Origin: the human T2T-CHM13v2.0 reference genome, Homo sapiens
Reading direction: 5' to 3' (one strand)
Assembly: GCF_009914755.1 (NCBI RefSeq)
Contig: NC_060935.1
DNA length: 64,000 nucleotides
Shown here: positions 43,138 through 57,854 of the stretch, in pieces
Position numbering within the stretch: the stretch's first letter is position 1
Layout: the number at the start of each line of letters is the position of its first letter
Notes under the pieces: model-generated
Told to the model about the DNA's origin: nothing
Seen by the model: the letters and a program-made list of their open reading frames with translations, nothing else
The model's database searches: none
Translations under genes and position numbers: made by a program

Positions 43138-44199
43138 TTGCTTATAGTTTGCCCACGCTGAAAGAGGCTGCCTTTCAAATAAATACATATATATCCCAGT
43201 AGAAGTTAAACCAAAAGACAAAAAAATTAAATTTATTGAGTGCTTATTTAGTGTAATATACTATGTTAGGTGGTATAAGAAATAAAAAAATAAGACATAG
43301 TCCCTGCCTGCTAGGGAAAGATGAGGAGGGGCTTACATAGGCCAAAAAAATAAGACCTTTGAATGGATTAATATATTTCGATGCAACCATATGGGAGCCA
43401 TAGTAATCTCATTATCAGATAAGAGTTATAAAATGGCATGGTATAGCCACCATGTGGTTGGGAACAGATTCAACAGTTCATCCAGTATGTACTTAACCAC
43501 ACCAGTGAAAACACTTGACTGTATCCTGGGTCAGTGCTGCAATACTCCAAATGTGGTTTTTTGATGCCTCTGCTCAGCCATAAACATAAGAGTGTCTGCT
43601 TTATCACCCTGGAACGCTCTATCACCCTAGAACGTTTTTTCTTTGGAGAATAAAACATAATCAGTGCCAACTGATGAGGTAGTCCAGTTGAAAACCCCCA
43701 TGTGCACCTGATGGGAAGATGAAAGGAGAGAAAAGATACACACCATGTAAGGAAACAGATTTCAAACTCTGGCCTTTGAGAGGTGGATTCCACCATGCCC
43801 CTGATCTTGTGTCTACCCTGGGAATCTCAGTGTGGATCTGGGACTCATTCTGATACAGAGAGGTAAGGGAGGGCCGACTGGCATCCAAGTTTTCCTGGTA
43901 AATGTAACCCAGAGGTGGCTGGAAGATGTGTTGGGGTGAAGAGGTTGTTCATTTTGTTTTCTTTGCTCCTTCACCACCTCCCTCCCCCACCACCACCACC
44001 ATTTCTTTTTCCCTTAAATCGTAAAAGCAGTAAATCAAATGCAGTATGGGATTGAGGTTTTTTTCCTTTCCATTTGAAAAATCCTTTTAATTGAAAAATC
44101 ACATTTGGGGAACAAAGTGGTCAAATGACAGTGAATTTCAAACTTGAGAATGCTGACTTGATTAAAAAAAAAATACTGATCTTTCTTAATGGAGGGAAA

Positions 44200-44400
44200 A
44201 TCAAGTGCATGCGGCCAGGAGACCTGAGTTTGACTTTTAGCTTCGCCCCTTGCTAATTGTGCAATCCTGAGCAACACCCATCCCTTCTCTGTGCCTCAGT
44301 TTCCTCATGGACAAAACGGTATCATTTCTTTCGAAAAGTCGTCCCTGACTCCCCTCTCCCCAACACGAGGTTGGATGGCTATAATCTCTCTTAGCAACCT
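44200..44400 (+). mobile_element. MIR immediately upstream of the CpG island
   Basis: ggagacctgagttt...cccttctctgtgcctcagtttcctcat. Confidence 0.65.
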
Positions 44401-45280
44401 GAGAGTCCCACTGGAATGTAAATTTCAGCAGCACTGGGACCCGGATCTGTGGATTTTGCTTCTGGTAAGCAGAACCAGAACTGAGGGGCAGTCGCTGTGT
44501 TGAATGGATGCATGAATGAATGGGAGATGGCCTAGGTGTTCAAGGGGCACGTGCACAGCGAGGCTTCATTCCCTGGGAGTCCGTTGGGAAAGGCAGAGCG
44601 GCCAATACTGATTGGTGCTGATGTGCGAGCTCGGAAAAGGGAGTGTCGGTTCAAAGTTGTTGGCTACAGCGGGTTCCTCTTTCCGCTGGAATCACATCCT
44701 CTGTGGCTCGGAGACATTCCCAGAGATTTACATAAAGCAGCGTGAATCACCCAGACAGAAACTGAGAAAGCAAAGGGACCCTGCCTGATCCTAGCCTGGC
44801 GGAGCTCGGAAAGAGGTGGAAATCTGTCTGAAGTTTGCAGGAGACCCGCGCTGCCTAGGCAAAGGGACCCGGCGACCAAGACACCCCCGCGAGGGCCCAG
44901 GGCGCGTCCCTCCCGCCAGGCCCCAGACTCCGGCTCTGCGCCACCCCCTCCTACGCCCCGGCGCGGGCGCAGCCAGTCCGGCTTCCTCCAGGCCCCCAAG
45001 TCCCGGACCGAGTGTGGGGCCGCCTCTCCCTCTCGGAAGGAGCCATCGCCGCTTTAAGTGGAAGAGGAGAGGAAGGGGGCGGGGGAGCGGGGGGCGGGGA
45101 GCGGAGGCGGAGGAGGGGGAGGGGGATCCCCCTGGCTCCCACGTGGTCCGGGCGCCTGTGAATCGCGCCCACCGGAGGGTCTCACAGCGAAATACAAAAG
45201 CAGCTGGGAAGCGGCGGGGACTCGAGTTCCCAGCGCCGGGCGGAGCGCCGGACAGAGCCCCGCAGCGCCCCGCGGCCGCG

Positions 45281-45367
45281 ATGGGGCCGAAGCGCCCGAA
45301 GCCCCGGAGCCCACAAACTGCCGGGCCCGCCTCGCCGCCGGGACCCGGGTGCCTGGGCTCGGCTTGA
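45281..45367 (+). other. Candidate upstream ORF (28 aa, MGPKRPKPRSPQTAGPASPPGPGCLGSA) in the FJX1 5' leader
   Basis: gcgATGg at 45281, with TGA ending at 45367, 34 nt before the FJX1 ATG. It requires a TSS upstream of 45281, which is inferred. Confidence 0.55.
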
Positions 45368-45401
45368 AGCGGCGGCGGCGCACCGGCACAGCCGCGGGAG
45401 C

Positions 45402-46715
45402 ATGGGCAGGAGGATGCGGGGCGCCGCCGCCACCGCGGGGCTCTGGCTGCTGGCGCTGGGCTCGCTGCTGGCGCTGTGGGGAGGGCTCCTGCCGCCGCGG
45501 ACCGAGCTGCCCGCCTCCCGGCCGCCCGAAGACCGACTCCCACGGCGCCCGGCCCGGAGCGGCGGCCCCGCGCCCGCGCCTCGCTTCCCTCTGCCCCCGC
45601 CCCTGGCGTGGGACGCCCGCGGCGGCTCCCTGAAAACTTTCCGGGCGCTGCTCACCCTGGCGGCCGGCGCGGACGGCCCGCCCCGGCAGTCCCGGAGCGA
45701 GCCCAGGTGGCACGTGTCAGCCAGGCAGCCCCGGCCGGAGGAGAGCGCCGCGGTGCACGGGGGCGTCTTCTGGAGCCGCGGCCTGGAGGAGCAGGTGCCC
45801 CCGGGCTTTTCGGAGGCCCAGGCGGCGGCGTGGCTGGAGGCGGCTCGCGGCGCCCGGATGGTGGCCCTGGAGCGCGGGGGTTGCGGGCGCAGCTCCAACC
45901 GACTGGCCCGTTTTGCCGACGGCACCCGCGCCTGCGTGCGCTACGGCATCAACCCGGAGCAGATTCAGGGCGAGGCCCTGTCTTACTATCTGGCGCGCCT
46001 GCTGGGCCTCCAGCGCCACGTGCCGCCGCTGGCACTGGCTCGGGTGGAGGCTCGGGGCGCGCAGTGGGCGCAGGTGCAGGAGGAGCTGCGCGCTGCGCAC
46101 TGGACCGAGGGCAGCGTGGTGAGCCTGACACGCTGGCTGCCCAACCTCACGGACGTGGTGGTGCCCGCGCCCTGGCGCTCGGAGGACGGCCGTCTGCGCC
46201 CCCTCCGGGATGCCGGGGGTGAGCTGGCCAACCTCAGCCAGGCGGAGCTGGTGGACCTAGTACAATGGACCGACTTAATCCTTTTCGACTACCTGACGGC
46301 CAACTTCGACCGGCTCGTAAGCAACCTCTTCAGCCTGCAGTGGGACCCGCGCGTCATGCAGCGTGCCACCAGCAACCTGCACCGCGGTCCGGGCGGGGCG
46401 CTGGTCTTTCTGGACAATGAGGCGGGCTTGGTGCACGGCTACCGGGTAGCAGGCATGTGGGACAAGTATAACGAGCCGCTGTTGCAGTCAGTGTGCGTGT
46501 TCCGCGAGCGGACCGCGCGGCGCGTCCTGGAGCTGCACCGCGGACAGGACGCCGCGGCCCGGCTGCTGCGCCTCTACCGGCGCCACGAGCCTCGCTTCCC
46601 CGAGCTGGCCGCCCTTGCAGACCCCCACGCTCAGCTGCTACAGCGCCGCCTCGACTTCCTCGCCAAGCACATTTTGCACTGTAAGGCCAAGTACGGCCGC
46701 CGGTCTGGGACTTAG
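45402..46715 (+). CDS. FJX1: Four-jointed box kinase 1; single-exon, 437 aa, secretory-pathway (Fj/FAM20-related) kinase
   Basis: The ORF MGRRMRGAAATAGLWLLALGSLLALWGG...KAKYGRRSGT matches recalled human FJX1. It has an N-terminal hydrophobic signal/anchor, FDYLTANFDR and the DNE kinase motif (FLDNEAG), and two N-glycosylation sequons (NLT, NLS). Start context is strong (agcATGg) and the ORF lies in a CpG island. Confidence 0.98.
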   Translation: MGRRMRGAAATAGLWLLALGSLLALWGGLLPPRTELPASRPPEDRLPRRPARSGGPAPAPRFPLPPPLAWDARGGSLKTFRALLTLAAGADGPPRQSRSEPRWHVSARQPRPEESAAVHGGVFWSRGLEEQVPPGFSEAQAAAWLEAARGARMVALERGGCGRSSNRLARFADGTRACVRYGINPEQIQGEALSYYLARLLGLQRHVPPLALARVEARGAQWAQVQEELRAAHWTEGSVVSLTRWLPNLTDVVVPAPWRSEDGRLRPLRDAGGELANLSQAELVDLVQWTDLILFDYLTANFDRLVSNLFSLQWDPRVMQRATSNLHRGPGGALVFLDNEAGLVHGYRVAGMWDKYNEPLLQSVCVFRERTARRVLELHRGQDAAARLLRLYRRHEPRFPELAALADPHAQLLQRRLDFLAKHILHCKAKYGRRSGT

Positions 46716-47635
46716 TGTCACCGGGAGGAAAAGAGAGAGATCTGGGGCTGGGGTATGGATGATGGGGGGAAGGGCGGTCGCCTCTGCCACTGTCAGGGAC
46801 CAGCCGGCCAACGCCCACCCGCAAAGGTGTCTAAAAACTTCAGCTTTTCACCCACCTGCCCCTTTCTTTCAATCCCACGCTGTTTCCTTTCAAAGTTCTG
46901 GGAGGACGAACTCACCGAGGCGAGAAGTGTAACATTCTCTCCACCCAGCTTATAAAAGGATTCTTTACTGTGCCAGCACGGGGATTGGATCCGAAGAAAC
47001 TGGCTACTGGGGTTTGGCCCCCGAGTGGCCGTCCCTGTGGGAGATGCACCCCATTCTTGGGCCCCCCCTCATTCCCTTTCCGAAAAAGGAAAACTTGCGT
47101 TTGAGCCGTTGAGCTAATTCTGCAATTTTCTACCAAACAGAGCGCTGGTGGCCCCGGAGCAGGGCTGTGACATTGGCTGGTGGAGCCCCCTTCCTGTGTT
47201 CTCCCTTTGTTCCAGCGCCGCGATGGTGAGATCACTGTTCCAAGCAGGGGGACGGCTCGCGATAGGACAAAGAGAGCAGGACCTCCAGACTCTGGGGAGC
47301 CCTGCAGACCTTGACAATTTGCCTGACTCATTCCTGACCTCTTGTCATTTTGGCCTGAAGGCTACAAATTCAGGGTCAGCTGTATGCACTAAGTCAAATA
47401 ATGAATTTCTTCCTCCCTCTCGCAACCGACCAAAATTTTGACAACGATGATGTTCACCAGAAGGAAAAAAAAAAATCAGTTTTATGCACTTTATTTTGTT
47501 TTGATTTTCATTTTTTATTAAGAAAAAATTTTATTTTACAGAATTTACCTTCTCTGTATATATGTGCATAAAGTGTGGTGTAAATATACTAAACAAACTT
47601 ATATTTCAATAAAAGGGAGTTTAAAATTTATAATT
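46716..47635 (+). other. FJX1: FJX1 3'UTR
   Basis: Runs from the stop codon to the poly(A) signal. The distal part is AU-rich, with GCACTTTA (47486) and TGTAHATA (47555, 47579). Confidence 0.75.
47608..47613 (+). terminator. FJX1 polyadenylation signal AATAAA
   Basis: Canonical hexamer with upstream TGTA elements and a downstream GT/T-rich tract (ctgtggttttaacttgtttg). Confidence 0.8.
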
Positions 47636-49794
47636 TAATTCCTGTGGTTTTAACTTGTTTGATGTTTCTGATGCCCCATCTGCTTTCAGAATAAGATTTA
47701 GGTTTTCTTTCTTGTGGATGTGTTTTTAAAACAAAGGATGCATATCCATTCCAGTTGTGACTACGGAACTTACAGAATTGAACAAAGATAAGAGCAGACT
47801 CCCTGTCCTCACTCAGATGAACCTTGGTGCTGGAAATTTGAGTTTAGCCTAAAATGTGGGGGAAGATGGGGAGAGAGATGGGAGGAAAGTGTTCTATTTC
47901 CTGGCAAATAAAACTTCGATGTGAAAGGATTTCACTGTAGTATATTCCTATATTAATCATTTGGCAAATATGATAGAATCAGATGTGGGGACTAAAATAT
48001 GACAAACACCCCCTTTTTAAACTTAACTACCGTGATCACATGTTGCAAATTATTATCAGCGTTGTAATTACAGTGCATCACAATGTGTACAGATGATAAG
48101 CTGAGCCCACATTGGGAGCAGGTAGAGAAAGTCATAAATTAATTCTTCTCTTAAATCTCCTGGCATAAATTCCAATGGATTCAGAAGATCATAATCTCCA
48201 ACATCTGGAGTCATCCAGTTCTCTGAAGAGGTTGTACTGTTTTCTGGGTACTAAGTGCATGGTCCCCTCAGAGCAGCCAGCGTGAGACCATGAAGGCGTA
48301 CAGTGCTTTGTGTATGACATTTGGACCCTTTCTAGGACTTCAAACAAATTATTTTTGGATTTTTATCTCAAGAGGAAGAGCTTGATTTGTATTTTACGGC
48401 CCTTGGTGTTTTATTTTGGCATTTTCTTTGGTATCTGGGCCCAAGTGATCTTGCCTGTTACCTTCTTTTTATTTAATGACCTTTAACTCAAATCAACTTT
48501 TGGTTGCAACTTTAATAGTTTTTTATTTGACTTGCATTTGTAAACCTAGGGTTTTATAGACTCAGGAAGCTATTAAATCTCTGGGGGTTCCCCTTCTCAC
48601 TCTGCATTACAACATAGTGTGTAATTTAACTATTTAATGTCATCCTTATGTTTTCAGTGCCTTTTGCTAAGCCAAATCTTATCTCAGCCTTAAAAAAAAA
48701 ATAGTCCATAAACTCTCTGTGGTGTAAGTCAAGTGTTTGCACAGTACAGCCATAGAATGTACTGATAATCGGAAATTTATCTTTTTTCAAGACATTGTTA
48801 ATGGGATACCTCTCATAATTACACCTTTCAGAAAGAAACATTTTCCATTTCTGGTGATTATTTCACTATTAGATTTGCTGCTTTAGTTAATGGAGGCTGT
48901 TCCAAGAACAGGACAAGTATTCAGCAACCTGCATTTTTACCCAACATATTCATGGAGGAAAACAATGAGCAGTAATAAGTTAGAAGTTTCACAGATTGCA
49001 CAGGAAATACATCCTGGATCCCATGAAGATTCAGCACTGGTGAGTTCTGGGCCAGCAGCATTCTCTACATTCTTTCTAAACTTCAGTTCCAAGCCCAGAC
49101 TTGATCGTGGTTAACCCAGAGCAAAACACTGAGCATAATTTAAATGGCTCTTCTCAGATTCTTTAGTGAACCGTGTCTGCTTGTTCGAGAAATAAGTTTA
49201 ATTACATGGTGGAGTTGTTAATGGAACCAAGACTTAATTACAGAATGGGTTTTAACTGTTGCTGTTCCTCATAGATAGTAGGTAGGCTGTGGCATGGAAA
49301 GATCAATTAAAGTTTCGCCATGGTCAGTGAATGCTGCTATGGACAAATCATTTCTCAAATGAACAACAACAACAACAAAAAAAAAAAACTTTCAGACCAC
49401 AGCATGATTTGCAAAGAGTAATGGGTTCTACAGGCAGACAATATTCTGAATTCTGTTCCTTACCTACCTTCAGCAAGTCATTTAACTTAGTTCCCTCATC
49501 TGTGAAATGGAGATTTGATCAGAATATTGTGGGATTTAAATGTTAACATATAAAGCATACAAGCACATACAGGTGCTTCCAAAAATAAAAACAAAAAACC
49601 TCACTTCTTATTCCTCTTTAAAAAAAAAAAACAAAAAAAAAAACAACTTTTGCCCTTCTTACGTTCAGTAATTTCCATCATCAAAGTCAAATCTGGCTGT
49701 TTCCAAGGTCAGTGTCAGTTTTAAACATGTGATAGTAAATTGGTTCAATAAATTGTTTACTAAGGACCCTCTTCTAGCGCTATGCAAGGCACTG

Positions 49795-49975
49795 GTTCAT
49801 AAGGCCAAGGGCACAGGTCCACATGGGTTTGAGTGGGTGATTTCAGGACCCAAGCAAACTTCAGCACCAAGGCAGCTATACTACAAATATATGAGGGTGG
49901 CTTAAATTAAAAAAAAAAAAAAAAAGCAGATGGCTTATTGCAAATCCATCACCACTTCTGGAAAGCTTCAAGAAG
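49795..49975 (+). mobile_element. Possible MamSINE1-like ancient SINE
   Basis: aaggccaagggcacagg ... gcaaatccatcaccacttctggaaa resembles the recalled consensus. Confidence 0.35.
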
Positions 49976-51029
49976 TGATGAATCTGCAAGGACAACCCTC
50001 TTCCCTATTCTTTCTGCCAAGTGACAGTAGGCAGTTGCCCTTTCTCCCTGGATTTGACTTTTGATTAATTCGCTTTGTCAGTGACATAGTTCTAAACTCT
50101 ATTAAGTGTACTCACCCTCCTGTCTTCGAATCAGAAAGAAAAACAAATTATTTTAACACATCTCAATGTTTCTCAACCTTCTGCCTACAACTGCAGCTAG
50201 GAGAGTCCTCTAAGACCTTGAGGTTGATTATGTGGATTAAATGAGTAAATATTTATAATATCGTCAGAATAGTGCCTGGCACACAGCAAATGCAATATAA
50301 GAGTTTATTGGTGAGGTAGAACATTTCTCCTCTAACTCAAAAACAGAGGCACCTTAAGTTCCAGACATGATCCTCTTTCATAATCCTGTTCTATCTCTGC
50401 AGTTATAGAACAGAATCTACATGCTTCTGTTTTGACCCAGGAAAATCAGCTAGAGTGCTTGAGTCTGGCAGGAATTACCCAGAGCCCACAGCTGTCAGCT
50501 AGCTGTCTTGTTTCTGAGCATGCCCTCTAAGTGAGTGGTCATATGTACTTCCCTCTTTTTCACAAGGAGGCTGTAATTCTATTCCTCATGTGGCCCATCA
50601 GCTCCAGGGAGCAGTGAGCTGTGGAACTCCAAATCTTCTGAGCTACCATGAGCTATCCGTGAGTCATGGACCATGCAAGCCTAAGCGCTGATATTTTGCC
50701 CCTGCGCACACCAGCCCGCATCACACAAGATCGCTGATCCCAAGTGGTAGAAGGGCCGTGGGAGTGCTAGAGATGGAGAAAAGGGAATTCAGAGCATAGG
50801 AAATGCTCCAAAAGAGAATAGAATGTCAGCTGCCAAGGCAGTACGGAAATCAAAGGACAAGGGTTGACATCCGCCTTCAAGCATATTTTAGGCATTAGAG
50901 TCTAATGGAAAGGATACTGAGAGACAGGAGACCTGGGCTACTTCTGATACACTGTCTGATTTGAGAAAATCATTTCCCCCTCTGGCTTCAGTTATCTTGC
51001 CTGCAATGGGAAGATATTTGATTAGGCTG

Positions 51030-51281
51030 ATAATTTCTAATATTTGGACCAGAACTCACAGTAAGACACATATATTTTATATTGTGACCTCAGTTAGACA
51101 GAGAGACACACATACCACTGAAACAAAAATTTCACAAAACAGTATGTATAACATACTTTTTCTCTTTCATTCAATGTTATTCTATTCCTTCTCCTCCTTT
51201 ATTTCCTAACGCTAACTGTGGCCCTCTAAATTGATTTTGTAACTCATCGGTGGGGCACAGGCTGCACTATGCAAAACACTG
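51030..51281. mobile_element. MER119-like hAT-Charlie element inside a MIR
   Basis: cacagtaagacacatatattttatattgtgacc...actgaaacaaaaatttcacaaaacag...gcaaaacactg. Confidence 0.55.
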
Positions 51282-52294
51282 GATTAGATCATCAATAAGC
51301 TCCCTTTCAGCTCTAAGATTCTAGGGAAATTCCATTTATAACCAGATTACTACCTACTACAATATTTCCCCAAAGGCAATACAAACAGACTTCAATTTTG
51401 TACATTCTTTAAAAACAAAAGACTGTAGTGCTTTATTTCAAAATGTCATTGGGAGAACTGCTCAAAATCTTACATAGGGTCTTTCTATAAATACTTGAAA
51501 AATTCCCTAAATATGGGAGGTGACTTTCAGTCTGTTCAAACCATGCATGAGCAGATAGTGCTTTGAAGCAAAAATAATAATAATAATCTTTTGCATCTCT
51601 GTCTCAATATGGCCCAAGGATGACTCAAGAGGACAGTTTCTCTTCTATGTATTCATAAAGATCAGATGTAGGAATCATAATTTTTTAATGTTACTGTTTT
51701 ACCAGTTTCTCTTTCTGTGTCCTGCTGTGGGGGAAACTGCATTAATAAACTATGTCTTAATGCTGCCTAACTAGAATTTTTTTTCTCTGCAGGACACCAC
51801 TAAATATAGCTAAAGGAATGCTTATTGTATTTATCTTTCCAACTTTCTTTCCATTTTGAATATGTCTTCTTGACACTTTGGAAATTTTTCTCCTAATGGC
51901 ACCTTAGTTTTTTTTTTTTTTTTTAAATAACAGAGAACTAATTGTTCATTGAGTAACAACAACAAAAAAGAACTCCTTTTTTTCTCTTTCATCTGTGCCA
52001 TATGGTGTCTTTTATGGTTTTATCAGTTATTTTACACCATATGCAGAAAAATGATGTAGAACTGGCATTTTTCCAGTACCAAGTCACAGATTTTACTTTG
52101 CTGAGAAATTGTGGGTTAAAAAATAGAGAGGTATCACTTTTAATTAGATAGCCCTACACCATGCATTTGTCTTTGCCTCTTTACACCTTCCTCATAGTGA
52201 TTTTTTCCTTTTAATGTTCAGTAAAGACTTTGTCCTCACCTCACAACTGGCCTGGAAAGGCAAAGTGACTGGGGAATGATTAGTCATGACCTCT

Positions 52295-52910
<616 letters not shown>

Positions 52911-54010
52911 GACGTACACGGCCATGGTCAGGGAGGCAACATGACAAAAGTGAAGCAATACTGGTTGGGAACTGGCGGAACTGCATTTGAGCCTGATTTT
53001 TACTATTTAATAGCCCTGGACCGTAAGACAAACTGATGAACTCCTTATTTCCTTCACTGGAAAAGCAATGGAAAAACTACATAGTCTCTGCAGTCCCTTT
53101 CGACTCCAGAAAAATGCCATGTTTTTATGTACAGCAACTACGCAAATGAATTCCATTCCTGACTTCCAGTTTCTTTTCCATACCTGCAGATTCAAAAACT
53201 TTTTAGGTTCCTCCTAAAAAGCCGCAGGCTATGTACTAGGCACTGTGGATTCAGTGGTAAGCAAGATAGGTAAGACGCTGCCTCCATGAAGCTTGGAGTG
53301 TAACAGCAGAAGGTGGAAAATTATCTAGCAGGAGCTAAACTTGAAAAAATGCAATCTGTGGTAGAGAAAAGTGCTATGGAACCACATGACAGGACTTCAG
53401 ATGCTCATCTGGAGAGAGGTCAAGAAAGGCTTACGAGTTGGCCTGTGTTTATCTCTGAGTTTTAGGAAAGGTTTGAAGAAAAGGAGGGTACAAAGAGGAA
53501 TTTTCTTAGTGGTTTTCTGAACAACCTAAAGATGTTCTGCTGACTGTGGTGAGGCATGATCTCTACAGCTTGTCTTGGAGGGTTCAGGGAGCCCTGTGGT
53601 AGTGGTTTAAACTTTTCCAGCAGGAATACTATGTACTTTCTGCAATAGGACATCCACTTAAACAGTAATCACCCTGAGATTGGCTGCATAGGGAGAGTAC
53701 AGTAGGAATTAATATCACAGGGAAATTAGTTCTGTCAATAACATCAATACCTACTTTTTGCTGAATACATACAAACAAACTAGGCTTTGTGTTAGGCATT
53801 TTGCAGGATTGTTAGGATAAGCAATGATAGTTATACACCAAATATTTCTTTTACAGATATGAACACTGAGGCTTAAAGGGATTAAGTACACTGCCCACAC
53901 GTCTGGAAGACATGGGGCTGTGGCTTGAAGATAGGTCTGTCTAGTGCCAAAGAGTGAGCTGTACTCTTCTTCCTCATCTGTTTCCTTTTTACTCTTCTTT
54001 TTAATGTTAG

Positions 54011-54306
<296 letters not shown>

Positions 54307-54309
54307 AAT

Positions 54310-55930
<1,621 letters not shown>

Positions 55931-57344
55931 ACAAAGTCCACCTGAGCTCCTTCTAAACCCTGTTATCAAATCCTGCTTGCAATAAGCTGGCCCTTACTTG
56001 AGGATTAGATGCCCTATTTGGTTATTCAGAGAGATTTCCCCACAATGGAGACATTTACTTTAATAGGATTTGACCTGAAATAATCCATAAAACAAGTTGT
56101 TGTTTGTTATTGACCTGGGAGTCAATAACAAATTCTGTTCTGTTTGCCACCAGCAAGTTTGAGATATATGCCAGGAAAATGATTAAAAGGAAAGACAAAA
56201 GGAAAAGATTGGGAACAAGGGAAAAGGGGAAGGAACGTTAAAAAGAATCACATGTGGTAGAGTGGCAAAGAAGCAGCCTTTGCCTCTGGTACAGATAGCC
56301 CTCACGTTGACCTTCAATCAGCATCAGAGCCAGCAAAATGATGCCACATTGCAGGGGAAAGAGCTAGTGCCTCTGCAGGTTACATTTAGGATTAAAGAAA
56401 GGTCAAGTTACTCCAGGGAAAATTACTTTTCATTTGCAGTCAGCATCCTGCCTGTGCTACAGCTCCCAACTATGCGAAGTCCAGCCATCACCACTTGATC
56501 TTTGGCCCCTTGACGCTGAAGAGCACATTCTGCCAACCTTTCAAAAAAGAAAGGCTTTGCCATCACACATGAATCTCAACCTTGCCCTTCCAGAGGCAGC
56601 ACATTCAATTTCATTATTTAGTGAGCCTATCTCTAGTGACCTATTAGCGAAATCAAAAATGCTAATGAAAAAACAGGTTAAGCATCTTTGACTTCTCAAG
56701 GCATTGAGCTAATAAAAGATGCCCAGAAAACATTGCTGTGTGGCTCCCTTCTCCTCCACCTGTTTATAATTGGGACCCATCCAAAGTCTCTCTGCAATAT
56801 AACATTCGTGACCCAACTCCACATAAGTGTCTGTCTTTTCTGATACTATGATGCTGGATGCATGACTCATGCCATAAAAATTATTGTAATGACTCTGGAC
56901 TTAGCAATTCAGAAGTTGGTGCTCCATGCGAAATCCCTCGTGGGCTGTTTTCAAGTGATTACTCATGGCCCAGGTATGTGCTGCATGTATGAGTATAGTT
57001 ACGTTGGTTATTAGACTATCGAAATACTTCCAGCTCAGTTGATAAATGTCTACTCTGCGGCCCCAGAGTGACTCTTCCATGTTTCTGAACAATCCCCACT
57101 ACCATCCCATGATCCTGCAACTAACAGGTTAACACCTGGAGTAGCAGAGAGTTCTTGAACCAGTAACCCGGCACTAAGGCCAACAGTAAGTTCTGACTTC
57201 ACCTTATGTAATTTGAATAGTATTTCCTGGGTATAAGATGTAAAGGTTCAAATCCATGGAACAACAGAGGTATCATCCTAAGCCCTATCTTTAGTTCTCC
57301 TGTTTTAAAGCCTCAATTTACTTGGCAAACAGACACTGAGCATC

Positions 57345-57790
57345 TGCTCATTGCATTCATGTTTCCTGGCTGCTAACTTTGGGTCAGACACTGTGTTAGG
57401 TGGTAGGAACAGGTCAGTTAACTGGAGTGATATGGTTTCTGATCTTCTGTAGTGTAGAGTCTGGTAGAGGAGACAGACATTAAGCAAATTATTACTGTAA
57501 TAAATGGGATGACAGGAAAATACATGGCCCTATGAGAGTGTTAATAGGGGACAACCTCACATTGGAGGTTGAAGGATCTGGCATTTAAGCAGAGACCAGA
57601 GCAATGAGCAGAAGTCAGCCAGCATAGAGGAGAAAAGAAGGAGTGGAGAGCATTTCAATTGGAAGGAATTGCATTTGAGAGCTTGAGAGAAGGAGCTTGC
57701 TGTACAGAAATGAAAGGCTGGTATGATTGAAGAGTACTGCCCTAGAAGGGGATTGCATAGTTCGAGGCTGCAGAGGTAAGCAGGCACCTA
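57345..57790 (-). mobile_element. L2 fragment
   Basis: cagacactgtgttaggtg...gtctggtagaggagacagacattaagcaaat...gaaatgaaaggctggtatgattgaag. Confidence 0.7.
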
Positions 57791-57854
57791 TTAAGTGCCA
57801 GGCACAGAGGGCAGGAGATGGATATATCATAATCCTCACCCCTGAGGGAGGCCC

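Larger units (their letters stand above)
44535..46720. promoter_or_regulatory. CpG island covering the FJX1 promoter, 5'UTR and whole CDS
   Basis: Abrupt rise in GC and CpG density. GC boxes at ~45075-45110, CACGTG E-boxes at 44548 and 45140, and CCAAT (44602) / ATTGG (44611). Confidence 0.92.

Noticed and set aside
43602-43637. 18-bp tandem duplication (tatcaccctrgaacgytb x2); similar micro-duplications at ~36450 and ~41100
   Set aside because: Common slippage products with no further structure.
44664-46932. Many long overlapping and antisense ORFs (up to 250 aa) around FJX1
   Set aside because: These are expected from stop-codon scarcity in a very GC-rich CpG island; the products are low-complexity Ala/Arg/Gly/Pro with no recognisable domains.
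49860-49880. REST/RE1-like motif ttcagcaccaaggcagct
   Set aside because: The left half is perfect but the right half lacks the A of GGACAG, and it lies in a probable ancient SINE. Too weak to call.
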